NCBI GenBank assembly: GCA_041479345.1
Contig: JBGOXX010000001.1
Coordinates: 1,209 to 65,208 of the forward strand
DNA from: Alphaproteobacteria bacterium
GTDB lineage: Bacteria > Pseudomonadota > Alphaproteobacteria > DATDPM01
DNA: 64,000 nt
Reading direction: 5' to 3'
The notes below the pieces were generated by a model, which saw only the letters and a list, made by a program, of their open reading frames with translations, was not told where the DNA came from and made no database searches. How positions within the stretch are numbered: the stretch's first letter is position 1; every line of letters starts with the position of its first letter. This document shows positions 1-8,611 of this stretch, one piece after another. Both the position numbers and the translations under genes were made by a program.

Positions 1-207
1 GATTGCGGTCACCGGATCGCCGGATTGGCGGCTTGCCTCGCCGACGCGAATAAGAGCCGCAACCGATCCGGCCGGAGCGCCCGGGTGATTGGCGACATCC
101 TCCGGAGTGGGCCGGAGCGAGTCGGTAATCGGATCGGTGGCGCAGCCGATGAGCAAGAAAGCGGCCGCGATCAAAGCCAGAAAGGCGAGGCGGTAAGAAC
201 TCAGCAT
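1..207 (-). CDS. putative lipoprotein, N-terminal part only; the gene runs off the left edge of the window
   Basis: Reverse-strand ATG at 207-205 gives MLSSYRLAFLALIAAAFLLIGCATDPITDSLRPTPEDV..., i.e. a signal peptide plus lipobox L-I-G-C. The frame stays open to position 1. It is absent from the ORF track because it has no stop inside the window. Confidence 0.4.
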   Translation of the reverse strand, partial: MLSSYRLAFLALIAAAFLLIGCATDPITDSLRPTPEDVANHPGAPAGSVAALIRVGEASRQSGDPVTAI

Positions 208-320
208 CGTGCGCGCTACTCCGGTTATCTTCCGGTTTAAGCACACCGTTTTAGGGTCGCATGGTTAACCCAAGGTTAAGTGGGACTATGTTCGTAAAAA
301 TGACACAGCATGCGCCCTCA

Positions 321-350
321 ATTCCCGCTCGCGTTATTCCCGCTCGCGTT
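321..350. repeat. perfect tandem duplication of the 15-bp unit attcccgctcgcgtt
   Basis: Read directly: attcccgctcgcgtt at 321-335 and again at 336-350, in the region downstream of the SET-domain gene. Confidence 0.8.
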
Positions 351-412
351 TGGGCGGCGGTGCATTTCGAGCGTCAGAAAGCAGGCGAGAGTCGTGCGCT
401 AATGAATTGCCG

Positions 413-838
413 TCAAAGGACGCATTTCGGCTCTTCGCACCAACACGGAATACCCTGTGGCACGAGATCGGTTTCCCGGTAATCCCACTTCAGTTCCGTG
501 CCTTTCGGGATCATTCGCTTGGCACGAACGACCAAAGTGCGTTCGATATAGCAATTGGGCTCGCAGGAATGATTCATGAAATCGACGCCGCCGATATCGT
601 CGGGGGTAATCGGGGACAGGGCGAAGAACTTCCCGTCCTGGACCGCCAAGTGGATCAACATATGCGGATTTTCGCTGCCGTAGTCGACGGTTCCGTCGGG
701 CTTGATATCGAGGGCCACGGCGCGGCCGTCGAAGATCGCCACCACGGCGTCCTTGGGGATGTCGGTGCGGCTGAACACACCGTGCTCCCCGCCCGGCAGC
801 TTCCGGATTTCCACATAATCGTAATTGGTCCAGCTCAT
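413..838 (-). CDS. SET domain-containing protein (putative protein-lysine N-methyltransferase), 141 aa
   Basis: Contains the SET signatures NHSCEPNC and ELKWDY together with an upstream GxG-type stretch. It is a compact, minimal SET domain. Confidence 0.8.
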   Translation of the reverse strand: MSWTNYDYVEIRKLPGGEHGVFSRTDIPKDAVVAIFDGRAVALDIKPDGTVDYGSENPHMLIHLAVQDGKFFALSPITPDDIGGVDFMNHSCEPNCYIERTLVVRAKRMIPKGTELKWDYRETDLVPQGIPCWCEEPKCVL

Positions 839-1108
839 TGCCTCGTCTCCCGCGGCCGCCAGCGGCTGGCGGCGATGCCCGCGATAATCCGCTGGCCGCC
901 CGTGGCCAGCTGCGCCCAGTTTCCCAATGTCATGGATAAGTCCCGATGGGGACTACAGCAAGGGTCGTCGCCCACAACTTCTTTGTCGAACCGTTTCTTA
1001 GTGAGTTGTTTTCGCCCGAACCGCCATTGGTCAAATCGGCGTCGACCGATTGACCGTCGTTTTCAGTATCGATTAGTTCCAAAATCAGGGCAAGTCCAAG
1101 CTGTCTAA

Positions 1109-1140
1109 CCTTCAACGCGTTTGGCCTTCAACGCGTTTGG
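1109..1140. repeat. perfect tandem duplication of the 16-bp unit ccttcaacgcgtttgg
   Basis: Read directly: copies at 1109-1124 and 1125-1140, in the intergenic region between the SET gene and the PilZ-like ORF. Confidence 0.8.
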
Positions 1141-1219
1141 CTCGACGGCGGAGGCGGTTTATGGTTACAACCGAACGCAACTTGTGGTTATAACCGGACA
1201 CGGGCGCATCGGGGGGAGC

Positions 1220-1549
1220 ATGCTGCGCGGCATATTGGGGAAGCTGTTCCGGCGTTCGGAACGGCGGCGTGGGCAGCGCGAAGAGGTGTCGCTCGGCACC
1301 GTCGAAATCGACGGACGCGGTTTCCGGGTCAGGAATTGGAGCTCAACCGGCTTTCTTGCCTCTCCTTGCGATTGCGGCCGCAAAGAAGGCGACAGCGTCG
1401 ACATCCTGTTCGATGTTCAAGCAGCCGGCCAGACCCTTCGCTTCGCCTGCAAAGCCATCGTGGTCCGAGTTGGAAACGGCGAGCTTGCCGGTGTATTCAC
1501 CATGATGGACCGGGATACCCGCATGGCCGTCGCCAATTATTTCCAATAA
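1220..1549 (+). CDS. candidate PilZ-domain (c-di-GMP binding) protein, about 109 aa
   Basis: ATG at 1220 is preceded by the GGGGGGAG Shine-Dalgarno at 1211-1218. The product MLRGILGKLFRRSERRRGQREEVSLGTVEIDGRGFRVRNWSSTGF... carries RxxxR motifs followed about 18 aa later by N-x-S-x-x-G, which is the PilZ RxxxR...(D/N)xSxxG pattern. It fills an otherwise empty 700-bp gap, but competing antisense ORFs exist. Confidence 0.4.
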   Translation: MLRGILGKLFRRSERRRGQREEVSLGTVEIDGRGFRVRNWSSTGFLASPCDCGRKEGDSVDILFDVQAAGQTLRFACKAIVVRVGNGELAGVFTMMDRDTRMAVANYFQ

Positions 1550-1553
1550 TTTC

Positions 1554-2579
1554 GTGACACTAGCGGATGACGCTGCGTATCCGGTTTTGGTCGAGGTCAG
1601 CCGCGGCGCAATGGTCGAAAGCCGTCACCGCGGCGCCGTAGCAGTCGTCGAATCCTCGGGATCATTGGTCCTCGGCAAAGGCGTCGTCGGCACGGAAATC
1701 TTTCCGCGCTCGGCCATCAAGCCGCTTCAGGCATTGCTGCTGATCGAAAGCGGTGCTGCCGACCGCTTCGGCATCACCCCGGAAGAGATCGCCCTGGCCT
1801 GCGCCAGCCACACCGGTGAGCCAAGGCATCTTTCGCTCATTGAACGCTGGCTGACGAAAATTGGTTGCAGCGCCGCCGATCTCGAATGCGGTCCGGAGCC
1901 GCCGCGGACCCCCGAAGATTTGCGCAACATGGTGCGAGACGGGGGCAAACCAACCCCGCTTCACAATAATTGCTCGGGCAAGCATGCCGGGTTCTTGACC
2001 GTCGCCAAACATCTCGGCGTGCCGACACGGGGGTACATTGAATACGATCATCCCGTGCAGCAGTATCTTCGCAAGATTCTCTCGGAAGTGTTTGAAACCG
2101 ATCTCGAAAGAGCCCCGCGCGGAATCGATGGCTGCGGCATCCCGGTCTTGGCAGTCCGGCTGGATAGACTGGCGCGCGGAATGGCCAGACTTGCCGATCC
2201 GTCGCTGGAACCCGAAAAGCGCCAGGCGGCAATGCTGCGAATTCGGCAAGCAATGGCGGCCCACCCTTTCCTGGTCGCCGGGACCGGCCGGTTCACGACC
2301 GCCGTGACCGAAATCACCAAGGACCGCGCGCTCCTGAAGGGCGGAGCGGAGGGCGTTTTTTGCGCGGCATTGCCGCAGCAAAAACTCGGGATCGCGATCA
2401 AGATCGAGGATGGTGCCGGCCGCGCCGCGGAGGTCGCGGCGGGCGCGTTGCTGCTGCGCTTTGGCGCGATTGGCGAGGCCGAAGCCGCGGCTCTCGCCAA
2501 TGTTTTAGAGCCCAGGATCGTCAATTGGGCGGGGGCGGTAGTGGGACAGATTCGCCCCGCCGAAAACCTGAGAGCCTAA
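1554..2579 (+). CDS. asparaginase family protein (L-asparaginase II-like, PF06089-type)
   Basis: GTG start at 1554. The HNNCSGKHAGFL motif and overall length of about 340 aa are typical of the Rhizobium-type asparaginase family. Confidence 0.8.
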   Translation: MTLADDAAYPVLVEVSRGAMVESRHRGAVAVVESSGSLVLGKGVVGTEIFPRSAIKPLQALLLIESGAADRFGITPEEIALACASHTGEPRHLSLIERWLTKIGCSAADLECGPEPPRTPEDLRNMVRDGGKPTPLHNNCSGKHAGFLTVAKHLGVPTRGYIEYDHPVQQYLRKILSEVFETDLERAPRGIDGCGIPVLAVRLDRLARGMARLADPSLEPEKRQAAMLRIRQAMAAHPFLVAGTGRFTTAVTEITKDRALLKGGAEGVFCAALPQQKLGIAIKIEDGAGRAAEVAAGALLLRFGAIGEAEAAALANVLEPRIVNWAGAVVGQIRPAENLRA

Positions 2580-2603
2580 CCAAGCCGCACAAAACGTTGA
2601 GTC

Positions 2604-4067
2604 ATGCAGTATCCCAAAGGCTTGCCAGGCGAAAGCGAACCCGGCAGAGTGCCGCCTATGTCCGATCAGGCGGCAGCTGGATTCTTCGGCCGAACCCGAA
2701 GCGCCTTCGTCAATACCTGGCGCGACATTTTGGGCGCGGCCAAACACAAGCTTTCGGGCGCCGTCCATCCCGACCTGCCGCCGGACGATCTCGACCGCCT
2801 GCGCCAGCAGATCGAGGAGTGCTTGACCGCCCGCGGCGGCGAGGTTTCGGCACGGGCGCGGGCCGCCGATCTGGGCACCACCTATCTTGGCTTAAACGAT
2901 GCGGGCCGTATCCGTTTTCTCGGGCTTCTGGCCCGCGACTACGGCTTCGACCGGCGGATGGTGGAAACTACCATCGCCAATCTGCACAAAGCACCGGATG
3001 CATCGCGCTATGCCGCCGCCGCCGGCGAATTGCGCCAGGCCTTGGTTCCGCTGCGGCTGAAGTTATTGCGTCAGTTCAGCGCGTTGGGGGAGGGAATTAA
3101 ATTTCTCTCTGATCTTCGTGCGGACGTCATGCGTTACGCCAAATCCGATCCGACCCTGGTTTCCCTGGACGCCGAACTTAGAGACCTTCTGGCCTCCTGG
3201 TTCGATATTGGGTTCCTGGATCTGCGGCGCATCACTTGGGATTCGCCGGCAGCCCTTCTCGAAAAGCTCATCGACTACGAGGCGGTGCATGAGATCCAGT
3301 CTTGGGCGGACCTTAAGAACCGGCTCGATTCGGACCGGCGCTGCTATGCCTTCTTTCATCCCCGGATGCCGAATGAGCCCCTGATCTTTATCGAGGTCGC
3401 TCTGGTTTCCGGAATGGCGGACAATGTCCAGACCTTGCTCGATGAATTGGCGCCTCACCAGGACCCGAAGACCGCCGACAGCGCCATCTTCTATTCGATC
3501 TCGAATGCCCAAAAAGGTCTGGCCGGGGTGAGCTTCGGGGGCTTTCTCATCAAGCGGGTGGTGGACGATCTCGCCCATGATTTTCCAAACCTCAAGATCT
3601 TCGCGACCCTGTCGCCAATCCCAGGCTTCAGAGCTTGGCTTGAAGAGCAAATCGGCGTCGACCGGCCGGTATTGGCGATGCCGGAAGCCCATGACATCGC
3701 TCACGCCCTTGGCACCGAAAACGCGGATACGGCGCTTCTCGACCTGTTATGCCAACCCGGCTGGGCCGAGGATCCGGAAAAAGCGGAGATCATACGGCCG
3801 GTCCTGCTGCGGCTTTGTGCCCGCTATCTCCTGGTCGAGAAAAGGGGAAGCCAGCCGCTCGACCCGGTGGCCCGTTTCCATCTGAGCAATGGCGCGCGGG
3901 TGGAGCGGCTCAACTGGCTGGCCGACAAGTCGCCTAGGGGCCTTCGCCAATCTGCCGGCATCATGGTGAATTACCGGTACAAGCTCGAAGAGATCGAGGC
4001 CAATCATGAGGCTTATACCGGCGAGGGCCGGATCGCCGCGGCACCTGGCGTCCGCGGCCTGCTCTAG
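2604..4067 (+). CDS. malonyl-CoA decarboxylase (MCD family)
   Basis: About 470-487 aa with MCD-family regions (FFHPRMPNEPLIFIEVAL, SFGGFLIKRVV, FATLSPIPGFRAWL). An alternative start lies at 2658 (MSDQAAAGFF). Confidence 0.85.
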   Translation: MQYPKGLPGESEPGRVPPMSDQAAAGFFGRTRSAFVNTWRDILGAAKHKLSGAVHPDLPPDDLDRLRQQIEECLTARGGEVSARARAADLGTTYLGLNDAGRIRFLGLLARDYGFDRRMVETTIANLHKAPDASRYAAAAGELRQALVPLRLKLLRQFSALGEGIKFLSDLRADVMRYAKSDPTLVSLDAELRDLLASWFDIGFLDLRRITWDSPAALLEKLIDYEAVHEIQSWADLKNRLDSDRRCYAFFHPRMPNEPLIFIEVALVSGMADNVQTLLDELAPHQDPKTADSAIFYSISNAQKGLAGVSFGGFLIKRVVDDLAHDFPNLKIFATLSPIPGFRAWLEEQIGVDRPVLAMPEAHDIAHALGTENADTALLDLLCQPGWAEDPEKAEIIRPVLLRLCARYLLVEKRGSQPLDPVARFHLSNGARVERLNWLADKSPRGLRQSAGIMVNYRYKLEEIEANHEAYTGEGRIAAAPGVRGLL

Positions 4068-4100
4068 CCCCTGTCTAGCCGGGGCGCCTAAATCCAAGCC

Positions 4101-4598
4101 TCAAGCCCCGCGGGCTTCGAGCACTTTGTCTTCGGTCCGGATGCGGAACCACAGCACCACCGCGTTGAGGATCGAGAAAACCACCGCGATTTTCCACGCA
4201 CCCAGAATGAGCGGCGCAACCGCAATCTCGGCCACGACCACCACGTAATTGGGATGGCGGATGAATCGGTACGGCCCGCGTTTGACCAAAGGCGCGCCCG
4301 GCAGAGTGACGATTCGTGCACACCAATACCGGCCAAGACTGGCCATCACCCAAATCCGGAAGGCGAGCAGGGCAAGATAAAGGAACAGAAAGCGGAAATG
4401 GATGAAGGCTTCGGCCGGAATCAGAAACGCCATCGCCGCCAGCCAGCCCGCGTGAACGGCAATAATCCACGCATAGACCGGCTCATCGATGACCAGCGCC
4501 CCCTGCGCAACGAGACGCTGGAGATTGCGCCGGGAATAGATCAACTCGGCCAATCGCTGGAGAACGAGAAACCCCACGACGACGATATGCGGATTCAT
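4101..4598 (-). CDS. isoprenylcysteine carboxyl methyltransferase (ICMT/PEMT) family membrane methyltransferase
   Basis: Multi-TM protein with the RHPNY motif and a downstream conserved acidic residue (FIRHPNYVVVVAEIA). Its start codon overlaps the PKS stop by 1 nt at 4598. Confidence 0.8.
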   Translation of the reverse strand: MNPHIVVVGFLVLQRLAELIYSRRNLQRLVAQGALVIDEPVYAWIIAVHAGWLAAMAFLIPAEAFIHFRFLFLYLALLAFRIWVMASLGRYWCARIVTLPGAPLVKRGPYRFIRHPNYVVVVAEIAVAPLILGAWKIAVVFSILNAVVLWFRIRTEDKVLEARGA

Positions 4599-5638
4599 CA
4601 GGCGGTTCCCAAAACCAGGAACCCGGCGGTGAACCCGGGACCGAGCGACGACATCAGCTTTCGACCGCCAAGCGCCGCATCCAGCGTACGCCGCAGGACG
4701 AACATGATGGTTGCCGCCGACATATTTCCGAAGTCGCGCAACACGTCGCGGCCGAGAATCATGCCTCCGGGAGCGAGACCAAAGGCCTCTTCCAAAGCGT
4801 CGATCACCTTGGCGCCGCCGGGATGACAGACGAAATTGGCGATATCGGACAGCGCCAGCTTATGGCCGGACAGAAAGTTCTCCGCGGCAGCCCGCAGATC
4901 CGAACGGACCAAGGCCGGAATATTTCGGGAGAACACGACGCCAAGGCCGTCGTCCTCCACCTCCCAGCCCATGACATCGAGGGAATCGGGCCAGCAATAC
5001 TCGCCCCAGGCGGAAATTTCCGGGCCGTCGCCCTCGCAACTGACAATCGCCGCGGCGGCACCGTCACCAAACAAGGCGGTGGCAATGATGTTGCTTTTCG
5101 ATTGATCGGCGCGCCGGAAGGTGAGGGAACACAATTCGACCACGAGATAGAGAATTTTATGTTGGGGCGCGGCTTTCGCCATTGCCGCCGCCCGGGCCAA
5201 ACCGAGGACGCCGCCGGCGCAGCCGAGGCCAAATACCGGCAACCGCCAGACATCGCGCCGCATTCCCATGCGTTCCATGATCAGGGCATCGAGGCTGGGA
5301 GTCGCAATCCCGGTGGTGGACACGGCGACGATCCCATCGATGTCCTCAACGGCGAGACCGGTTTGGTCCAGGACCTGACGCGCCGCGCGTTCGAGAAGAT
5401 CGACGGCGTTCTCGAGGAAAAGCCGGTTCTTCTCCCCCCAGCCATGGGGCTTCTCGTACCAGTCGAGGGGGACGCAGGAATACCGGCACTCGATGCCGGC
5501 ATTGCCGTATATCCCCATCATGCGCTCGATCTCGCTCGAATTGTGGGCGAAGACCCGTCTGACGCGGGCCATCACGTCGGACTGAGTCATACGATAGCGC
5601 GGGACGACAGTGGTCAGGCCAAGCAAATGGGGGGTCAT
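4598..5638 (-). CDS. type III polyketide synthase (chalcone/stilbene synthase family)
   Basis: The catalytic triad context is present: Cys in FGLGCAGGV, His in FVCHPGGAKV, Asn in FGNMSAATIMF. Length is 346 aa. Confidence 0.9.
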   Translation of the reverse strand: MTPHLLGLTTVVPRYRMTQSDVMARVRRVFAHNSSEIERMMGIYGNAGIECRYSCVPLDWYEKPHGWGEKNRLFLENAVDLLERAARQVLDQTGLAVEDIDGIVAVSTTGIATPSLDALIMERMGMRRDVWRLPVFGLGCAGGVLGLARAAAMAKAAPQHKILYLVVELCSLTFRRADQSKSNIIATALFGDGAAAAIVSCEGDGPEISAWGEYCWPDSLDVMGWEVEDDGLGVVFSRNIPALVRSDLRAAAENFLSGHKLALSDIANFVCHPGGAKVIDALEEAFGLAPGGMILGRDVLRDFGNMSAATIMFVLRRTLDAALGGRKLMSSLGPGFTAGFLVLGTA

Positions 5639-5844
5639 CCGGGACTCCGGTTGGGGCAGCTCAATTTCGACGGCAAGGCCCAGATTGCCAGGAGTAGGGG
5701 GATTGCCAATGGCCCAGGCAGGCCTTCACGCTATTGTGACCTGCCGTCTCACCTTAATATTCCAAATATTCCAGGTTTTTGCGTTGCCGTTGCGCGGACG
5801 GCGAAGATCATGGTGTCATCCCGCCGGCAATAAATCGGGTTCTC

Positions 5845-6624
5845 ATGGCTAAATCCAAATCCAAGAAAAACAAACCACAGACCCAAGACTCGCTGCCTCT
5901 CGGAAACTCCGGTCCTGCCGGCCAGACAACCCCGCACCGCGGCGGCCTTGTAGGGCGGCTTCGCAACTATTTCCTCGCCGGGATCGTCGTCACGGCGCCT
6001 ATCGGCATTACCGCCTATCTGGTCTCGACTTTCGTCAGCATCGTCGACGGCTGGGTCACGCCGCTCATTCCCCCCCGTTATAGTCCCGAAACCTATCTGC
6101 CGTTCGGCATTCCTGGCTTCGGCCTGATTTGCGCCATCGTCGGCCTGATCTTGGTCGGCGCGCTGACCGCCAATGTGGTGGGACGGTTGTTGCTCCATGC
6201 CGGCGACAGGCTCATGGCCGCCATGCCGGTGGTGCGCGGCGTCTATGGTGCGGTCAAGCAATTGACCGAAACCGTGCTCGGCAAGCAATCCGCCGCCTTT
6301 CGCGAGGTGGTGCTGCTCGAATATCCGCGCCGGGGCATTTGGAGTCTCGGCTTCATCACCGGGATCACCGAAGGCGAGATTCAGGATCTGACCGAGGACG
6401 AGGTATTGAACGTCTTCGTGCCGACAACGCCCAATCCGACTTCGGGTTTCCTCCTCTTCGTGCCGCGGCGCGAACTGGTCGTTCTCGACATGTCGGTGGA
6501 AGAAGGGATCAAGATGGTCATCTCGGGTGGAATCGTAACGCCCCCCGACCGCCGTTCGGTCGAGAAGAAATCCCGTCAGCGCGGCCTTGCGGTTTCCCAT
6601 GAAGGCGGCAGCGGCCAGTCTTGA
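5845..6624 (+). CDS. DUF502 family membrane protein
   Basis: RLRNYFLAGIVVTAPIGITAYLV followed by a conserved DUF502 core (PVVRGVYGAVKQL, GIWSLGFITG, TTPNPTSGFLLFVPR). ATG at 5845; the ORF track starts earlier at 5779. Confidence 0.7.
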   Translation: MAKSKSKKNKPQTQDSLPLGNSGPAGQTTPHRGGLVGRLRNYFLAGIVVTAPIGITAYLVSTFVSIVDGWVTPLIPPRYSPETYLPFGIPGFGLICAIVGLILVGALTANVVGRLLLHAGDRLMAAMPVVRGVYGAVKQLTETVLGKQSAAFREVVLLEYPRRGIWSLGFITGITEGEIQDLTEDEVLNVFVPTTPNPTSGFLLFVPRRELVVLDMSVEEGIKMVISGGIVTPPDRRSVEKKSRQRGLAVSHEGGSGQS

Positions 6625-6634
6625 TCGGAAACAC

Positions 6635-7867
6635 TCATTCATATCGCAAGGCTTCGATCGGAAGAAGATGCGAGGCTTTGCGTGCCGGATAGAACCCGAA
6701 AAAGATTCCGACCGCCGCCGAGAACCCGACCGCAAGGAAAATGGCTTCGCCCCTAAGCTGAGTTTGCCAGCCTGCCCAATGGCCGATGGCTAGCGAGGCC
6801 GCTGCACCAAGCACAATGCCGGCCGCGCCGCCGACCAGGGAAAGCGTCGTTGCTTCAACCAGAAACTGGCTCAGGATTTCTTTGCCTCGGGCGCCGACCG
6901 CCATTCGCAACCCGATCTCCCGCGTCCGCTCGGTGACCGAGACCAGCATGATGTTCATGATTCCGATGCCGCCCACGACCAGCGATACCGAGGCGATGGC
7001 GGCCAGCAACATCGTCAAGGCGCGGGAAGAGGCCTGCTGCGCTTCCAAAATCTCGGAAAGATTGCGCAGCCAGAAGTCATCGTCTTGGCCGGGCTGAATT
7101 CGGTGCCGCTGGCGCAGCAGCAACTGAATCTGTTTCTGCGTCGCTTCGAGGTCGACGCCATTTTCCATTTTCACAAGTATAGCGCCGACGGCCCGGCGGT
7201 TTGCCTCGCTCGCCCCAAGAACCCGATTGCGCGCGGTGGTCAGCGGCATGATGACCACGTCATCCTGGTCCTGGCCTTGGAGGCTCTGGCCCTTGCGGTC
7301 GAGGATGCCGATGATGGTGAACGGAACCTTCTTGACCCGGATCATCTTTCCGACCGGATCGGTATCGCCGAAAAGCGTGTGCGCCGTGGTCTGGCCGAGC
7401 AAGGCGACTTTCGCCGCCTTTTCCAACTCGGCGTGTCCGAAGGGACGCCCCTCCACCACATCCCATTCCCGAGCCACGAAAAAATCGGGCGTCGTTCCGA
7501 ATACGACCGTTGACCAGTTGATGTCGCCATAGATGACTTGCGCGGCGCCGCGCATGCCGGGTGCGGCCACCCGGGTGCCGAACACATCGCGTTGGATGGC
7601 CAGCGCATCGTCTTCGGACAGCGTCAACTGGGTGCCGAAGCCGAGCCGAACGCCGCCGGAGGTAATGGCCCCGGACACGACGATGATGAGATTGGACCCG
7701 AGCGTGCGGATCTGGTCGGCAACCTGGGATTCGGCGCCCGATCCGACCGCAATCATCGTAATCACCGAACCAACACCGATCACGATCCCGAGCATGGTGA
7801 GCGTGCTCCGCAAGACGTTGAGCCGGAGTGCTTCCAGGGCGATGCGAATGCTGGCGAGAAGATTCAT
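6635..7867 (-). CDS. ABC transporter permease, FtsX/MacB-type (periplasmic domain plus 4 TM)
   Basis: N-terminal TM, a large periplasmic domain and a C-terminal FtsX-like TM bundle. The start overlaps the ATPase stop with an ATGA motif at 7864-7867. Confidence 0.85.
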   Translation of the reverse strand: MNLLASIRIALEALRLNVLRSTLTMLGIVIGVGSVITMIAVGSGAESQVADQIRTLGSNLIIVVSGAITSGGVRLGFGTQLTLSEDDALAIQRDVFGTRVAAPGMRGAAQVIYGDINWSTVVFGTTPDFFVAREWDVVEGRPFGHAELEKAAKVALLGQTTAHTLFGDTDPVGKMIRVKKVPFTIIGILDRKGQSLQGQDQDDVVIMPLTTARNRVLGASEANRRAVGAILVKMENGVDLEATQKQIQLLLRQRHRIQPGQDDDFWLRNLSEILEAQQASSRALTMLLAAIASVSLVVGGIGIMNIMLVSVTERTREIGLRMAVGARGKEILSQFLVEATTLSLVGGAAGIVLGAAASLAIGHWAGWQTQLRGEAIFLAVGFSAAVGIFFGFYPARKASHLLPIEALRYE

Positions 7868-8610
7868 GCCGCCGAACCGATGGATGAGAGCCGCGACAAG
7901 ACCTCGGCGGCGCGCCGCGGCGAGGGAACCGGGTTGTCGTTCACCAACCGGCCGTCCCGGAAACTCAAGATGCGGCGGGTAAAGGCCGCGACATCGGCCT
8001 CGTGGGTGACGACGACGACGGTGATGCCCTTGTCGTTCAATTGCTGGAACAGGCCCATGACTTCGACGCTGGTGCGGGAATCGAGAGCCCCGGTCGGTTC
8101 ATCCGCCAAAATCAGGATCGGATCGTTGGCGAGCGCCCGGGCGATCGCCACGCGCTGCTGCTCGCCGCCGGAAAGCTGCGACGGCTGATGATAAGCGCGT
8201 TCGGCGAGACCCACTTCCCGCAGCCGAGCCAAGGCTTTCGCCCGTCTGACGGCCGACGGGACGCCGGCGTAAATCAACGGCAGCTCGACATTTTCGATCG
8301 CCGTCATCCGCGGCAGAAGATTGAAATGCTGAAAGACGAAGCCGATCCGCCGATTGCGGATTCGGGCCAAAGCATCGCCGTCGAGTCGCGAAACATCTTC
8401 TCCGGCGAGAAAGTAACGGCCCGCCGTCGGGCTATCGAGACAGCCGAGAAGATTCATGAAGGTGGATTTGCCGGAGCCCGACGGCCCCATGATGGCAACC
8501 AACTCGCCCGGATCTATTTTGACCGAGACGTCGCGGACCGCAAGCAGCGGCCGATCGCCCATCCGGTATTCCTTGAAAAGATTGTCGGTCTCGATCAGCG
8601 GTCCGGCCAT
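7864..8610 (-). CDS. ABC transporter ATP-binding protein (MacB-like ATPase)
   Basis: Walker A GPSGSGKST, signature LSGGEQQRVAIARAL, Walker B ILILADEPTGALD. ATG at 8610 (MAGPLIETDNLFKEY) lies 1 nt after the adaptor stop; the ORF track extends spuriously to 8733. Confidence 0.9.
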   Translation of the reverse strand: MAGPLIETDNLFKEYRMGDRPLLAVRDVSVKIDPGELVAIMGPSGSGKSTFMNLLGCLDSPTAGRYFLAGEDVSRLDGDALARIRNRRIGFVFQHFNLLPRMTAIENVELPLIYAGVPSAVRRAKALARLREVGLAERAYHQPSQLSGGEQQRVAIARALANDPILILADEPTGALDSRTSVEVMGLFQQLNDKGITVVVVTHEADVAAFTRRILSFRDGRLVNDNPVPSPRRAAEVLSRLSSIGSAA

Positions 8611-8611
8611 C

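Noticed and set aside
25-240. Forward ORF of 71 aa at the left edge.
   Set aside because: The reverse strand here encodes a convincing signal peptide plus lipobox (lipoprotein N-terminus). The forward product is low-complexity.
350-1108. 252-aa forward ORF spanning the SET gene region.
   Set aside because: It overlaps the SET-domain gene, which has canonical motifs on the other strand. It has no recognisable domain and a TTG/GTG-type start.
2604-5638. Considered malonyl-CoA decarboxylase as part of the PKS operon.
   Set aside because: It is on the opposite strand and convergent with the methyltransferase/PKS operon (33-nt gap), so it cannot be co-transcribed. Any functional link is speculative.
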